In this document: positions 8,231 to 15,991 of the stretch, piece by piece
Numbering within the stretch: position 1 is the stretch's first letter
How the letters are laid out: every line of letters begins with the position of its first letter
The notes under the pieces: generated by a model
Told to the model about the DNA's origin: nothing
The model's input: only the letters and a program-made list of their open reading frames with translations
Database searches by the model: none
Source: Microcystis aeruginosa NIES-2549
Lineage (GTDB): Bacteria; Cyanobacteriota; Cyanobacteriia; Cyanobacteriales; Microcystaceae
Assembly: GCF_000981785.2 (NCBI RefSeq)
Contig: NZ_CP011304.1
Location: 4,140,001-4,172,000, forward strand
Direction: 5' to 3'
DNA: 32,000 nucleotides
Program-made: the position numbers and the translations under genes

Positions 8231-10303
8231 ATGAAACTACTATCAATAAAGTTATGTAATTTTCGACAATTTTATGGTAAGACTCCTGAGATACATTTAG
8301 CGGCGAGTTCTCGCAATACAACGGTAATTTATGGCAATAATGGGGCGGGAAAAACAACAATTTTAAATGCTTGTACTTGGGTACTGTATGAAAAATTTAC
8401 AGCAGCTTTTGCCGAACCAGAGTTATTAGTTAATAAACGGGCAATTACCGAAGTAACCACGGGAACTTCCATAGAATGTTCGGCAGAAGTAAACTTTGAA
8501 CATGAAAATAAACGCTATCAGGTAAAACGAAAATTTTTCGCCTACCAAGATGTAAATAGTAAAATTAAATACGGTTCAAATAGTTTATATATGCTCTACG
8601 CTGGTGATGATGGTAATTGGTACACACCCAATCAACCACCAGAGGATATTATTAATCAAATTTTACCCGAAAGTTTACACCGTTATTTCTTTTTTGATGG
8701 CGAATATATCGATCATCAATTTCGTAGTAGTAGCCAAGGTAAAATCGCCGAAGATACAAAGGAATTATTGGGAGTTAAAGTATTAGATCGAGCGATCGAG
8801 CATTTAAAAAAAGCTAAAAAATCTTTACAAGAGGATCTTAAAGATTTAGGGGAATCGGATTTAAAAAAGTTATTGAAACAGGAAAGTAAAATTGAGCAGG
8901 ATTTCGAGAAATTAAAACAGCGTCAGCAGGATATTATTAACCAGTTATCCCAGCAGGAAGAATTAAAAAAAGCCGTGACTAATCGCTTACTAGAGTTAAG
9001 TGGTGCCGAGGAATTAAAACAGTTAAAAGAAAAATTAGAACAACAGGAAAGAAATCTGCGGCAAGATTTAGTCAGAACTAAGGATAAGTTAAAGAAATTA
9101 ATTTCTCAGCAAGCTTATCAAGTCTTTTTAAAAGGAATTAATCAAAATTTTCAGCAATTAATCGATCGCCTACGACAACAAGGGGAATTACCCAGTGGTA
9201 TCAAACAGCAATTTGTCCAACAATTATTAGAGCGGAAAAAATGTATTTGTGGCCAGGAATTACAGGAAAATAGCCAAGCTTATTTAGAGGTACAAGACTG
9301 GATGAATAAAGCAGGAATGGCCGATGTGGAAGAAGCGGCCATTCGCTTATCTTCCACAGTCAAAGAAATGGATCAACGGGTCTTAGATTTTTGGCAAGAA
9401 GTCGATAATTATCAAGCTAATATTCACCAGTGGCGCTTAGAATTATCTTTGGTAGAATCAGAATTAGATGAAGTGCGGGATAAATTTCGCCATTATCCCG
9501 ATGAAGATATTAAAAATCTGCAATCTCGTTTAGATGCGTTCGAGGATTCTCTAAAAGATTTACGCTTGGAACAGGGTAGCAATAAAAATCAACTAGATAT
9601 TTATGAAAAAGAGTTAGAATCCCTGCAAAAACAGGTACATAAACAGCAACAAAAAGAGGAAAAATATAATTTAGGACAACGACGTATTTTAGCGACTCAA
9701 GAGGCAATTAATCGCATTAGTGAGGTAAGACAGAGATTAGAAAATCAGTTTCGTTTGTCCTTAGAAAAACGGGTACAGGAAATCTTTAGCTCAATTTCTT
9801 TTACTCCCTATATTCCCCGTATTAGTCCCGATTACGAGGTAAGATTATTAGAAAATACCACAGGATTTGCCATTCCCGTGGCAGCTTCTACCGGAGAAAA
9901 TCAGATTCTTAGTTTATCTTTTATCGGGGGAATTATCGATCGAGTGCGAGAATGGAGTCAGAAAAATACTTTGATGGGAATTGATAGCAGCACTTTTCCT
10001 CTGGTGATGGATTCCCCTTTTGGTAGTCTTGATCATATCTATCGTCGGCAAGTTGCGATCGCTATTCCTAAATTAGCCAATCAGTTAGTTGTTTTAGTGA
10101 CAAAAACTCAATGGAGAGGAGAAGTAGAAACCGAGATTTCTCCCTATATTGGTAAAGAATATGTGTTAGTTTATAATTCTCCGAAAGCAGATTGTCAAGA
10201 GGATTTAATTAATCTTCATGGTGTTAATTATTCTCTGGTGAAACGCAGTCCTAATAATTTTGAATATACGGAAATTATCGAAGTTAATCGATTTTCCTCC
10301 TGA
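8231..10303 (+). CDS. DndD-like SMC/Rad50-fold ABC ATPase with a long central coiled coil (orphan; function unknown)
   Basis: Walker A GNNGAGKTT (aa 35-43). A K/E/Q/L-rich coiled coil spans about aa 180-520, with CICG at aa 338-341. The C-terminal STGENQILSLSFIGGI...FPLVMDSPFGSLD...LVVLVTKTQ aligns with the DndD tail at 2-322. Confidence 0.85.
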   Translation: MKLLSIKLCNFRQFYGKTPEIHLAASSRNTTVIYGNNGAGKTTILNACTWVLYEKFTAAFAEPELLVNKRAITEVTTGTSIECSAEVNFEHENKRYQVKRKFFAYQDVNSKIKYGSNSLYMLYAGDDGNWYTPNQPPEDIINQILPESLHRYFFFDGEYIDHQFRSSSQGKIAEDTKELLGVKVLDRAIEHLKKAKKSLQEDLKDLGESDLKKLLKQESKIEQDFEKLKQRQQDIINQLSQQEELKKAVTNRLLELSGAEELKQLKEKLEQQERNLRQDLVRTKDKLKKLISQQAYQVFLKGINQNFQQLIDRLRQQGELPSGIKQQFVQQLLERKKCICGQELQENSQAYLEVQDWMNKAGMADVEEAAIRLSSTVKEMDQRVLDFWQEVDNYQANIHQWRLELSLVESELDEVRDKFRHYPDEDIKNLQSRLDAFEDSLKDLRLEQGSNKNQLDIYEKELESLQKQVHKQQQKEEKYNLGQRRILATQEAINRISEVRQRLENQFRLSLEKRVQEIFSSISFTPYIPRISPDYEVRLLENTTGFAIPVAASTGENQILSLSFIGGIIDRVREWSQKNTLMGIDSSTFPLVMDSPFGSLDHIYRRQVAIAIPKLANQLVVLVTKTQWRGEVETEISPYIGKEYVLVYNSPKADCQEDLINLHGVNYSLVKRSPNNFEYTEIIEVNRFSS

Positions 10304-10332
10304 CTACTAAATTCTGTTGTTATAACTAAATT

Positions 10333-12570
10333 TTAACTCCTAATAAAACGATCAATTGCTGTATTCATTGTCCCAACACGACGGGATAATTCCACAAGTT
10401 CCGTGGTGACAATATTATAATCTCCTAAATATTTATGGAGATTAGTTCCTTCTTTTTGATGGGCAATTTCTACTAATCTTTCCTCTCGCAATTCTTGCAA
10501 ATGATCGAGGACTTCTTCTAAAGTATCTTCGAGGGGAGGTAAGGGAAGAGGAGGATTATTTGTTTGCAAAGCTTCGGTTAATTGCGTCAAAGCTTGGGTT
10601 ATTTGTTGCGTGAACAGACTTAGATTAGGATGGGGAGGACTACCGCGATATTGTTCCAATTCCGTCAATAAAACTGTCACCCCGCGACCAAAACGAGGAA
10701 TATAATTACTTAAAGTGATTGCCGGTTCCATTTGTGGAAAGGGTGTGCTAGGATCGTCAATTAATCGTTGTAAGGCCGTTTGCATAGTTGTATTTGCTCG
10801 TCGAGCTTTATTGCGATGGGAAGATAAAATTGCAGTTTGATAGGATGATTCTCCTAAATAAACTGCCATAACTGACTGAAAAAATACTTGATTAGCTTCT
10901 AATGCTTTAATGGCAGCGAGGGAAAAACGTTCATCTTCATTAAACCTTAAAAAACCGAAGGAAAGTACAAAGGCTAAAGCACTACCGATTAAAGTGTAAA
11001 CTATTCTGATATACTCTAAATTAATGCCGTCATTGCTGGCATCCAGACGACTGATGATTAAAGCAAAAATTGTGATAAAAAATACGGCCAAACTATAGTG
11101 AAATCGCACCAAAGCTAAAGCGATCGCTATAGAAATTACACCAATAATTTCTAACCAGATCGGATTATCGATAATTGGCAACAGTGCCAAAACAAAAAAC
11201 GAGCCTAAAATCGTGCCAAACACCCGATTAAAAAAGCGTTGAAAAGTCAGGCTAAAATCTGGTTTTAACACAATAACTAAGGTTAAACCAATCCAAAAAC
11301 TATGGGTAATTCCTAGCTTATTGTAGATCAACACTCCTAGGGCACTTCCCAAACCCAAGCGTAAACCATGGCGAAATAGGGGCGATTCTAGATTAAAATT
11401 AGATTTTAAGGGTTCCCACCAAGCTTTTTCTTGACTGTACTCTTGTTCTATCCCTTCAAAGTTCCGCTGCCAGGGATTTTTTTTATCGGAAAAGTCCTCG
11501 CTTTGCCGCAAATGTTGCGCTGTTTCACTGGCTATTTTTAGCTGTTTAGATAATTTTTTTAAACGATTATTTAATTGCGAAATTGCCACATAACTGCTAT
11601 AATCATCCTGGGCATTTTCTAAAACTTTGGCTTGCAGGTTTTTTTGTTGCTCGATCGCCTTGAGTAATAGCTGCAAACGCTCACAATCCGGTCGTTTATT
11701 TCTCCCCAAAATTAACCAGGCAATATCTTCGCTAATTTCCGCCACTTGCACGAGAATATCTTCTAATAAAATAGCCACCGTGGTCAGTTGTGGCAAGGGA
11801 TGAAGATGAAGCAATTCTCGCAGCGCGATTAAGCTGGTATTAATGCGATCGCTATCTTCGATCAAGACGATTAACAATTCCCGCAGCTCACTCTTTCCCC
11901 AACGTCCCCGACGCGTTAAGGTGACAGTTTTCCTAGAACGGAGCAACAGTTGCCGGATTTTGTTAAAAGATGGCTCCTCATTAGCATTAGAACGAGAGTG
12001 TAAAGGCAAAGAGCGGAGATAGGTGGCGATACCATGAAAATTTTCCGCCGTTACCTGACGTAAAGGCTGATTAGGACGAAAAGGCCAGATAAACAGGGCC
12101 AAAAAAATTGTCCATCCCCCCCCCAACACAACGATTCCGGCCCGTTGTAAAGCGACGATAATATCCCCCGATGGCAAAGAAACAGCAAAAAGCAGCAATA
12201 AACTGATTACTACCCCAGCTAACGCCCCATTTTCCCCGTAAACCGTCAAATAACCCGCTAGAAACAACCCACAAAAAACTATCACTACGGTCAATCCTAG
12301 CCAAGCACTGGCTAATGTACCGATAATCAAAGCTAGAGCCATCCCGATAGTCGTAGCGACCAGGGTTTTCGCTCTCAGGCAGTAAAGTCCCCCTGCATCG
12401 GCTAAAATCAAGATTTGAGCCGCTAAACCGACCATTAACCCCAATTTTGACTGATTTAAAATATCACCGACAATAATCGGTACTGCGATCGCTAATAAAG
12501 TCCGAATCCCCCGCTCGATCTCAATATCGCCACTAGGACGCAATAAAAAAGCAAATCGCTGAAGTAGCAT
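10333..12570 (-). CDS. FUSC-family (YccS/fusaric-acid-resistance-like) integral membrane protein
   Basis: A 745 aa protein with two multi-TM blocks separated by a large soluble helical region, the typical FUSC architecture. Confidence 0.65.
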   Translation of the reverse strand: MLLQRFAFLLRPSGDIEIERGIRTLLAIAVPIIVGDILNQSKLGLMVGLAAQILILADAGGLYCLRAKTLVATTIGMALALIIGTLASAWLGLTVVIVFCGLFLAGYLTVYGENGALAGVVISLLLLFAVSLPSGDIIVALQRAGIVVLGGGWTIFLALFIWPFRPNQPLRQVTAENFHGIATYLRSLPLHSRSNANEEPSFNKIRQLLLRSRKTVTLTRRGRWGKSELRELLIVLIEDSDRINTSLIALRELLHLHPLPQLTTVAILLEDILVQVAEISEDIAWLILGRNKRPDCERLQLLLKAIEQQKNLQAKVLENAQDDYSSYVAISQLNNRLKKLSKQLKIASETAQHLRQSEDFSDKKNPWQRNFEGIEQEYSQEKAWWEPLKSNFNLESPLFRHGLRLGLGSALGVLIYNKLGITHSFWIGLTLVIVLKPDFSLTFQRFFNRVFGTILGSFFVLALLPIIDNPIWLEIIGVISIAIALALVRFHYSLAVFFITIFALIISRLDASNDGINLEYIRIVYTLIGSALAFVLSFGFLRFNEDERFSLAAIKALEANQVFFQSVMAVYLGESSYQTAILSSHRNKARRANTTMQTALQRLIDDPSTPFPQMEPAITLSNYIPRFGRGVTVLLTELEQYRGSPPHPNLSLFTQQITQALTQLTEALQTNNPPLPLPPLEDTLEEVLDHLQELREERLVEIAHQKEGTNLHKYLGDYNIVTTELVELSRRVGTMNTAIDRFIRS

Positions 12571-12626
12571 AAATTCACTGAAAACTTAACTCTGGAACCT
12601 GATAACATAGCTACCGATCAATAATT

Positions 12627-14072
12627 TTACGGCAGCCAACGGGGTTTAAAACCGGCGTTGAGTTCTTGAGGTAAAATTTTCGGGGTGCTATTGGGACTGA
12701 ATTGATCAGGAAGTGGTAATAACCAGAGACGACCATCGGCAATGCTTGACCCCTCCCCAGTGACTAAATCATTTCCGACTCCAAAGGGTATGGTTGCTAA
12801 CTGATCAAATAATAAAGCCACGCCATCGGGAGACATACTCATCTGCACGTCACGATAATTAGGTAAAGCCAGCAGGGGTATCATTTTACCCGTTTCTAGC
12901 TCAATAATCCCTAAAAAAGGTTCTTCTTTCACTTTGCCATCGCTGCCCATAACCAGATCGCTTTTCAGACAGTAAAGGGTTTTTTCTTGTCGCGGTTCAA
13001 ATTCACAGCTAATAATCGGATTAGCTGTTCTTAATAGTAGTCTTGACTCTCCCTGATCGTTGAGCAGAAATAGCGATCGCTGATTATCCGGTTCTGATTT
13101 CACCATGAGTTTTTGGCGACCATCCCGGGAAAAAGCGAGTATTTTCTCGTAGGTGGGCAAAAATTGCGGTTTTCCCGCCTGGACATCCAAAGGAATCACC
13201 GCCACCCCTCCCGTTTGACTGACAACCGCTTTTTTACCGTCGGGAGATAGTAAAAAATTATCCCCTTGTATTCCTAACGGTCGCGATTGTCCATCATCCC
13301 TGATTACCCATAAACTGGCATCCCCCGGATTACCGTGATTGATTCTCTGCACGATTAGGGTTTTGCCGTTATCTGAGAGATTAAAGCGCAGATTTTGATA
13401 GGTTTTCGCATCTAAAAACCTTTCTATACGACCACTGGGCAAATTTTGACCATTTTCGTCATGATTTAAACCCGTGGTAATTGTGTAAAGTTGCTGTTTC
13501 GGGGTATCTCGTCCTAAGTCAGAGCGATCAAAGGCCGAAAGTAAAATTCTCTCCCCCGTCGGATAGATTTGAAAATCCGTGACCACCAAATCCCCAGGGG
13601 TAAGGATGGTTTTTTTCAGTTCTGTGACGTTATTTGCCCCCTGAATGATATTACAGACGATTAAACGGCCTCTTTCCTCTTGGTTGACTCCAATGTAGGC
13701 AAAAGCTCGATCGTGGCTGTAAAATTCGCCGATAAAATCCTCACCTTTGGCAATGGGTAACTTTACTTGATATTTCTTGCCGTAGATTGGCAATTCTGTC
13801 AAGGTATAGGTTAAGCGATCGCCAGACCAGCTAATTTTACCCGGCAAGGGAGGATCGATCACCAAGCTGGTTTCCACGTCCGAACGGTCAATCGGTCGAT
13901 TAAAACTTAAAGTAAAATAATTGTCCCTAACGCCGATTTTTCGCCCTTGCCAGCTAAAATTCTCCCCTCGCGTAGGAACTTGATTTCCCTGGATCAAAAT
14001 CGACGATATCGCCGCAATTAAAGCCAAAATAGTCGCTAACACTAAGCGATCGAACCAAGCTAATCTTTTCAT
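12627..14072 (-). CDS. Membrane-anchored Ig-like + beta-propeller (TolB-like) protein, conserved hypothetical
   Basis: An N-terminal anchor LVLATILALIAAISSILI, an SbsA-like Ig segment (FTLSFNRPIDRSDV), then repeated LSPDG/FSRDG/MSPDG propeller-blade motifs. Confidence 0.6.
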   Translation of the reverse strand: MKRLAWFDRLVLATILALIAAISSILIQGNQVPTRGENFSWQGRKIGVRDNYFTLSFNRPIDRSDVETSLVIDPPLPGKISWSGDRLTYTLTELPIYGKKYQVKLPIAKGEDFIGEFYSHDRAFAYIGVNQEERGRLIVCNIIQGANNVTELKKTILTPGDLVVTDFQIYPTGERILLSAFDRSDLGRDTPKQQLYTITTGLNHDENGQNLPSGRIERFLDAKTYQNLRFNLSDNGKTLIVQRINHGNPGDASLWVIRDDGQSRPLGIQGDNFLLSPDGKKAVVSQTGGVAVIPLDVQAGKPQFLPTYEKILAFSRDGRQKLMVKSEPDNQRSLFLLNDQGESRLLLRTANPIISCEFEPRQEKTLYCLKSDLVMGSDGKVKEEPFLGIIELETGKMIPLLALPNYRDVQMSMSPDGVALLFDQLATIPFGVGNDLVTGEGSSIADGRLWLLPLPDQFSPNSTPKILPQELNAGFKPRWLP

Positions 14073-14096
14073 CAGTTATCAGTTATCAGTTATCAG
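14073..14096. repeat. (CAGTTAT)3.4 array abutting the start codon of the 12627-14072 gene
   Basis: cagttatcagttatcagttatcag begins one base beyond the ATG (14072-14070, minus strand). Confidence 0.9.
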
Positions 14097-14106
14097 GAGT
14101 CAAAAT

Positions 14107-14197
14107 GCAAAAGGCAAAAGGCAAAAGGCAAAAGGCAAAAGGCAAAAGGCAAAAGGCAAAAGGCAAAAGGCAAAAGGCAAAAGGCAAAAGGCAAAAG
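14107..14197. repeat. (GCAAAAG)13 heptanucleotide array
   Basis: 13 perfect tandem 7-mers, counted directly. Confidence 0.95.
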
Positions 14198-14210
14198 GCA
14201 GCTTTATTCT

Positions 14211-14285
14211 CCCCACACCCCACACCCCACACCCCACACCCCACACCCCACTTCCCCACTTCCCCACTTCCCCACTTCCCACTTT
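14211..14285. repeat. (CCCCACA)5 followed by (CCCCACTT)4 plus a partial unit
   Basis: The 7-mers span 14211-14245 and the 8-mers 14246-14277, with a degenerate unit running to 14285. Confidence 0.95.
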
Positions 14286-14410
14286 CTTATCAGCTTTAGT
14301 AATGATTGTCATCGGTTTTTTCAATCGAATAAATAAAAACGCCCCCAAAAAGGAAGCGTTTTTTAACTTATCATGAGGACTTAGCAAAATGTGTGCAGAG
14401 TTAGAACGCG

Positions 14411-14434
14411 GATGTTGGATGGGGATCCAGCATC
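14411..14434. terminator. Stem-loop just 3' of the psbA remnant (gatgttggat-gggg-atccagcatc)
   Basis: A 10 bp stem with one G:U or mismatch. A T-run follows on the plus strand only (tgtttattttt). It is probably the residual psbA 3'-UTR hairpin. Confidence 0.3.
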
Positions 14435-14443
14435 TGTTTATTT

Positions 14444-14686
14444 TTAACCATTGATCGCCGCTGCCGTCAAGGCCATGGGGATAGCATCACCGGAAGCTAA
14501 ATCGAGGGGGAAGTTATGATCGTTGCGTTCGTGCATTACTTCAAAACCAATGTTAGCGTGGTTGATCACATCCGCCTAAGTTGCGGTCTCGCGTAGCGAG
14601 CGCGTTGCGACCGCACGTCCCTGGGAATCGATAATCGACTGGTTAAAGTTGAAACCGTTGAGGTTAAAAGCCATGGTTGAGATACC
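14444..14686 (-). pseudogene. psbA: psbA (D1) 3'-terminal fragment with an internal insertion and an in-frame stop
   Basis: The minus-strand translation reads [24 protein letters not shown][[12 protein letters not shown]][43 protein letters not shown]. This matches the D1 C-terminus (…[49 protein letters not shown]…). No D1 homology is visible upstream of 14686. Confidence 0.8.
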
Positions 14687-14912
14687 TTTTTTGGGTTTAT
14701 TTATTTCAAAAATTATCTCTTTATTTGTATATTTTTAAACTTGTATAAAATTGATTTAAGTTTTGTAAAAAATAGTTGACAAAATCCGATCGAGATCAAG
14801 GATAACCCTATCCTTAAGGTGGACAAAATATGGTAAGGTGGACTGAGTAATAAAACTTATCACTAAAATCAGTGACAAGTGCCAAATTCACCAGAGAAGG
14901 CTAAATATAACT

Positions 14913-15140
14913 ATGTCCAAACGGTTTAAATTCGACTCCTCCGAGATGATTTATCTCACCGATAAACTGATGAATGCGGCCAGCAATCGTTACTCGATCG
15001 TCGTGCAAGTCGCTAGACGGGCCAAACGCGTCCGCTACGATACCGTAGAAAATATCGATGACCCGATGATTAAACCCGTCCAACGGGCCCTGATGGAAAT
15101 GACCGACGAATTAACCGAACCGGAATTATTACGCGATTAA
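14913..15140 (+). CDS. rpoZ: DNA-directed RNA polymerase omega subunit (cyanobacterial type)
   Basis: A 75 aa protein. LTDKLMNAASNRYSIVVQVARRAKR matches the RpoZ core as I recall it from cyanobacterial homologues. Confidence 0.8.
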   Translation: MSKRFKFDSSEMIYLTDKLMNAASNRYSIVVQVARRAKRVRYDTVENIDDPMIKPVQRALMEMTDELTEPELLRD

Positions 15141-15169
15141 TCCCCTAAAATTGCCGAGGAACCCCACCC

Positions 15170-15991
15170 CTAAACTTCATCCGGATTGATCCCCAGCGCT
15201 CTTAGTCTTTCCGCTAGTCGTTGGGCTTTTTGTTCCGCTTCCTGTTTGGCTAAACTTTCTTGCTGGGCATTCAAACGTTCTTGCTGGGCGATCAAACTTG
15301 CTTGCTCGGCCATTGCCGCTGCTGCCCTCGCCCTTTCCTCTGCCGTTAAATAGCGATTTCCCGATCGATCATACCAATACAGCCATTCTCGCACCCAAGC
15401 GATATGTTCTCCCTGCTCATATCCCAAGGCTAACCCGATTTCTGGCAACCATACCCGATTATTTTCAGGCTCTAAAAGCTCGTATTTCCCCGCTATCAGC
15501 TTATAAACCTCTAATCTCTCTCTATTTTTAAACCTTCCCCTTCTACCGCTCAAGGGATTATAAATTGCATAGTAGAGAACGCCTAGGGTTTGATAATCCG
15601 CTAACTTTCCCTCATATTCCCCGTTATATTTCTCGGAAATCACTTCCAGGGCCAATATCGGCATAATATAAGCTTCTTCCCAGAGAACATAGCTTAATCT
15701 TCCCCTTTCTCCGGTATCGTGTTTGACTCCAATGGCTAAAAATCCATCCGGTATGATTGCCGGTTCGTCGGGATTGTAATAAACTCCCATATCGACACCA
15801 AAATACCAATCATCCCGCTCCGCCCAAATAAATGCTAGTAAACTGAGTAATAGATTGGGAATATCGTTCTGTAACTGGTTATCCACGGCTGTTTCGTCAG
15901 AACAGGGTAATTCTTCGGCACTGGGAAGAAGGCGATTTTTATTGTAGGAAAGGTTAACCATAGCGATTGTTTTGACTAGGGAAATTACCAA
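15170..15991 (-). CDS. Uma2-family (DUF820) restriction-endonuclease-like protein with a C-terminal coiled-coil tail
   Basis: LPSAEELPCSDETAVDNQLQN...PDGFLAIGV...RLSYVLWEE...PILALEVISEK...YQTLGVLYYAIYNP is the typical cyanobacterial Uma2 pattern. An alternative start at 15961 (MVNLSY) is possible. Confidence 0.8.
   Translation of the reverse strand: MVISLVKTIAMVNLSYNKNRLLPSAEELPCSDETAVDNQLQNDIPNLLLSLLAFIWAERDDWYFGVDMGVYYNPDEPAIIPDGFLAIGVKHDTGERGRLSYVLWEEAYIMPILALEVISEKYNGEYEGKLADYQTLGVLYYAIYNPLSGRRGRFKNRERLEVYKLIAGKYELLEPENNRVWLPEIGLALGYEQGEHIAWVREWLYWYDRSGNRYLTAEERARAAAAMAEQASLIAQQERLNAQQESLAKQEAEQKAQRLAERLRALGINPDEV

Noticed and set aside
8604-8786. Small overlapping ORFs inside large genes (8604-8786, 9510-9707, 12071-12304, 19612-19890, 20120-20365, 24349-25232, 25703-27905 and others)
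   Set aside because: All are embedded in longer ORFs that carry clear family motifs, in alternative frames or on the opposite strand. None has independent evidence.
14073-14285. Possible CRISPR array
   Set aside because: The units are 7-8 nt and directly tandem, with no unique spacers of 25-40 nt and no cas genes. These are microsatellites (STRR-type), not CRISPR.
14327-14365. A/T-rich stem aaaaacgc/gcgttttt with a 13-nt loop as an intrinsic terminator
   Set aside because: The stem is weak and mostly A-T, the loop is large, and no upstream gene is oriented to use it.
14100-14387. Track ORFs 14100-14387 (-) and 14105-14299 (+), encoding KGKRQKA... and LPFAFCL... repeats
   Set aside because: They are produced entirely by the (GCAAAAG)13, (CCCCACA)5 and (CCCCACTT)4 microsatellites, which stay open in several frames. 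The peptides are low-complexity and no coding signal exists outside the repeats.
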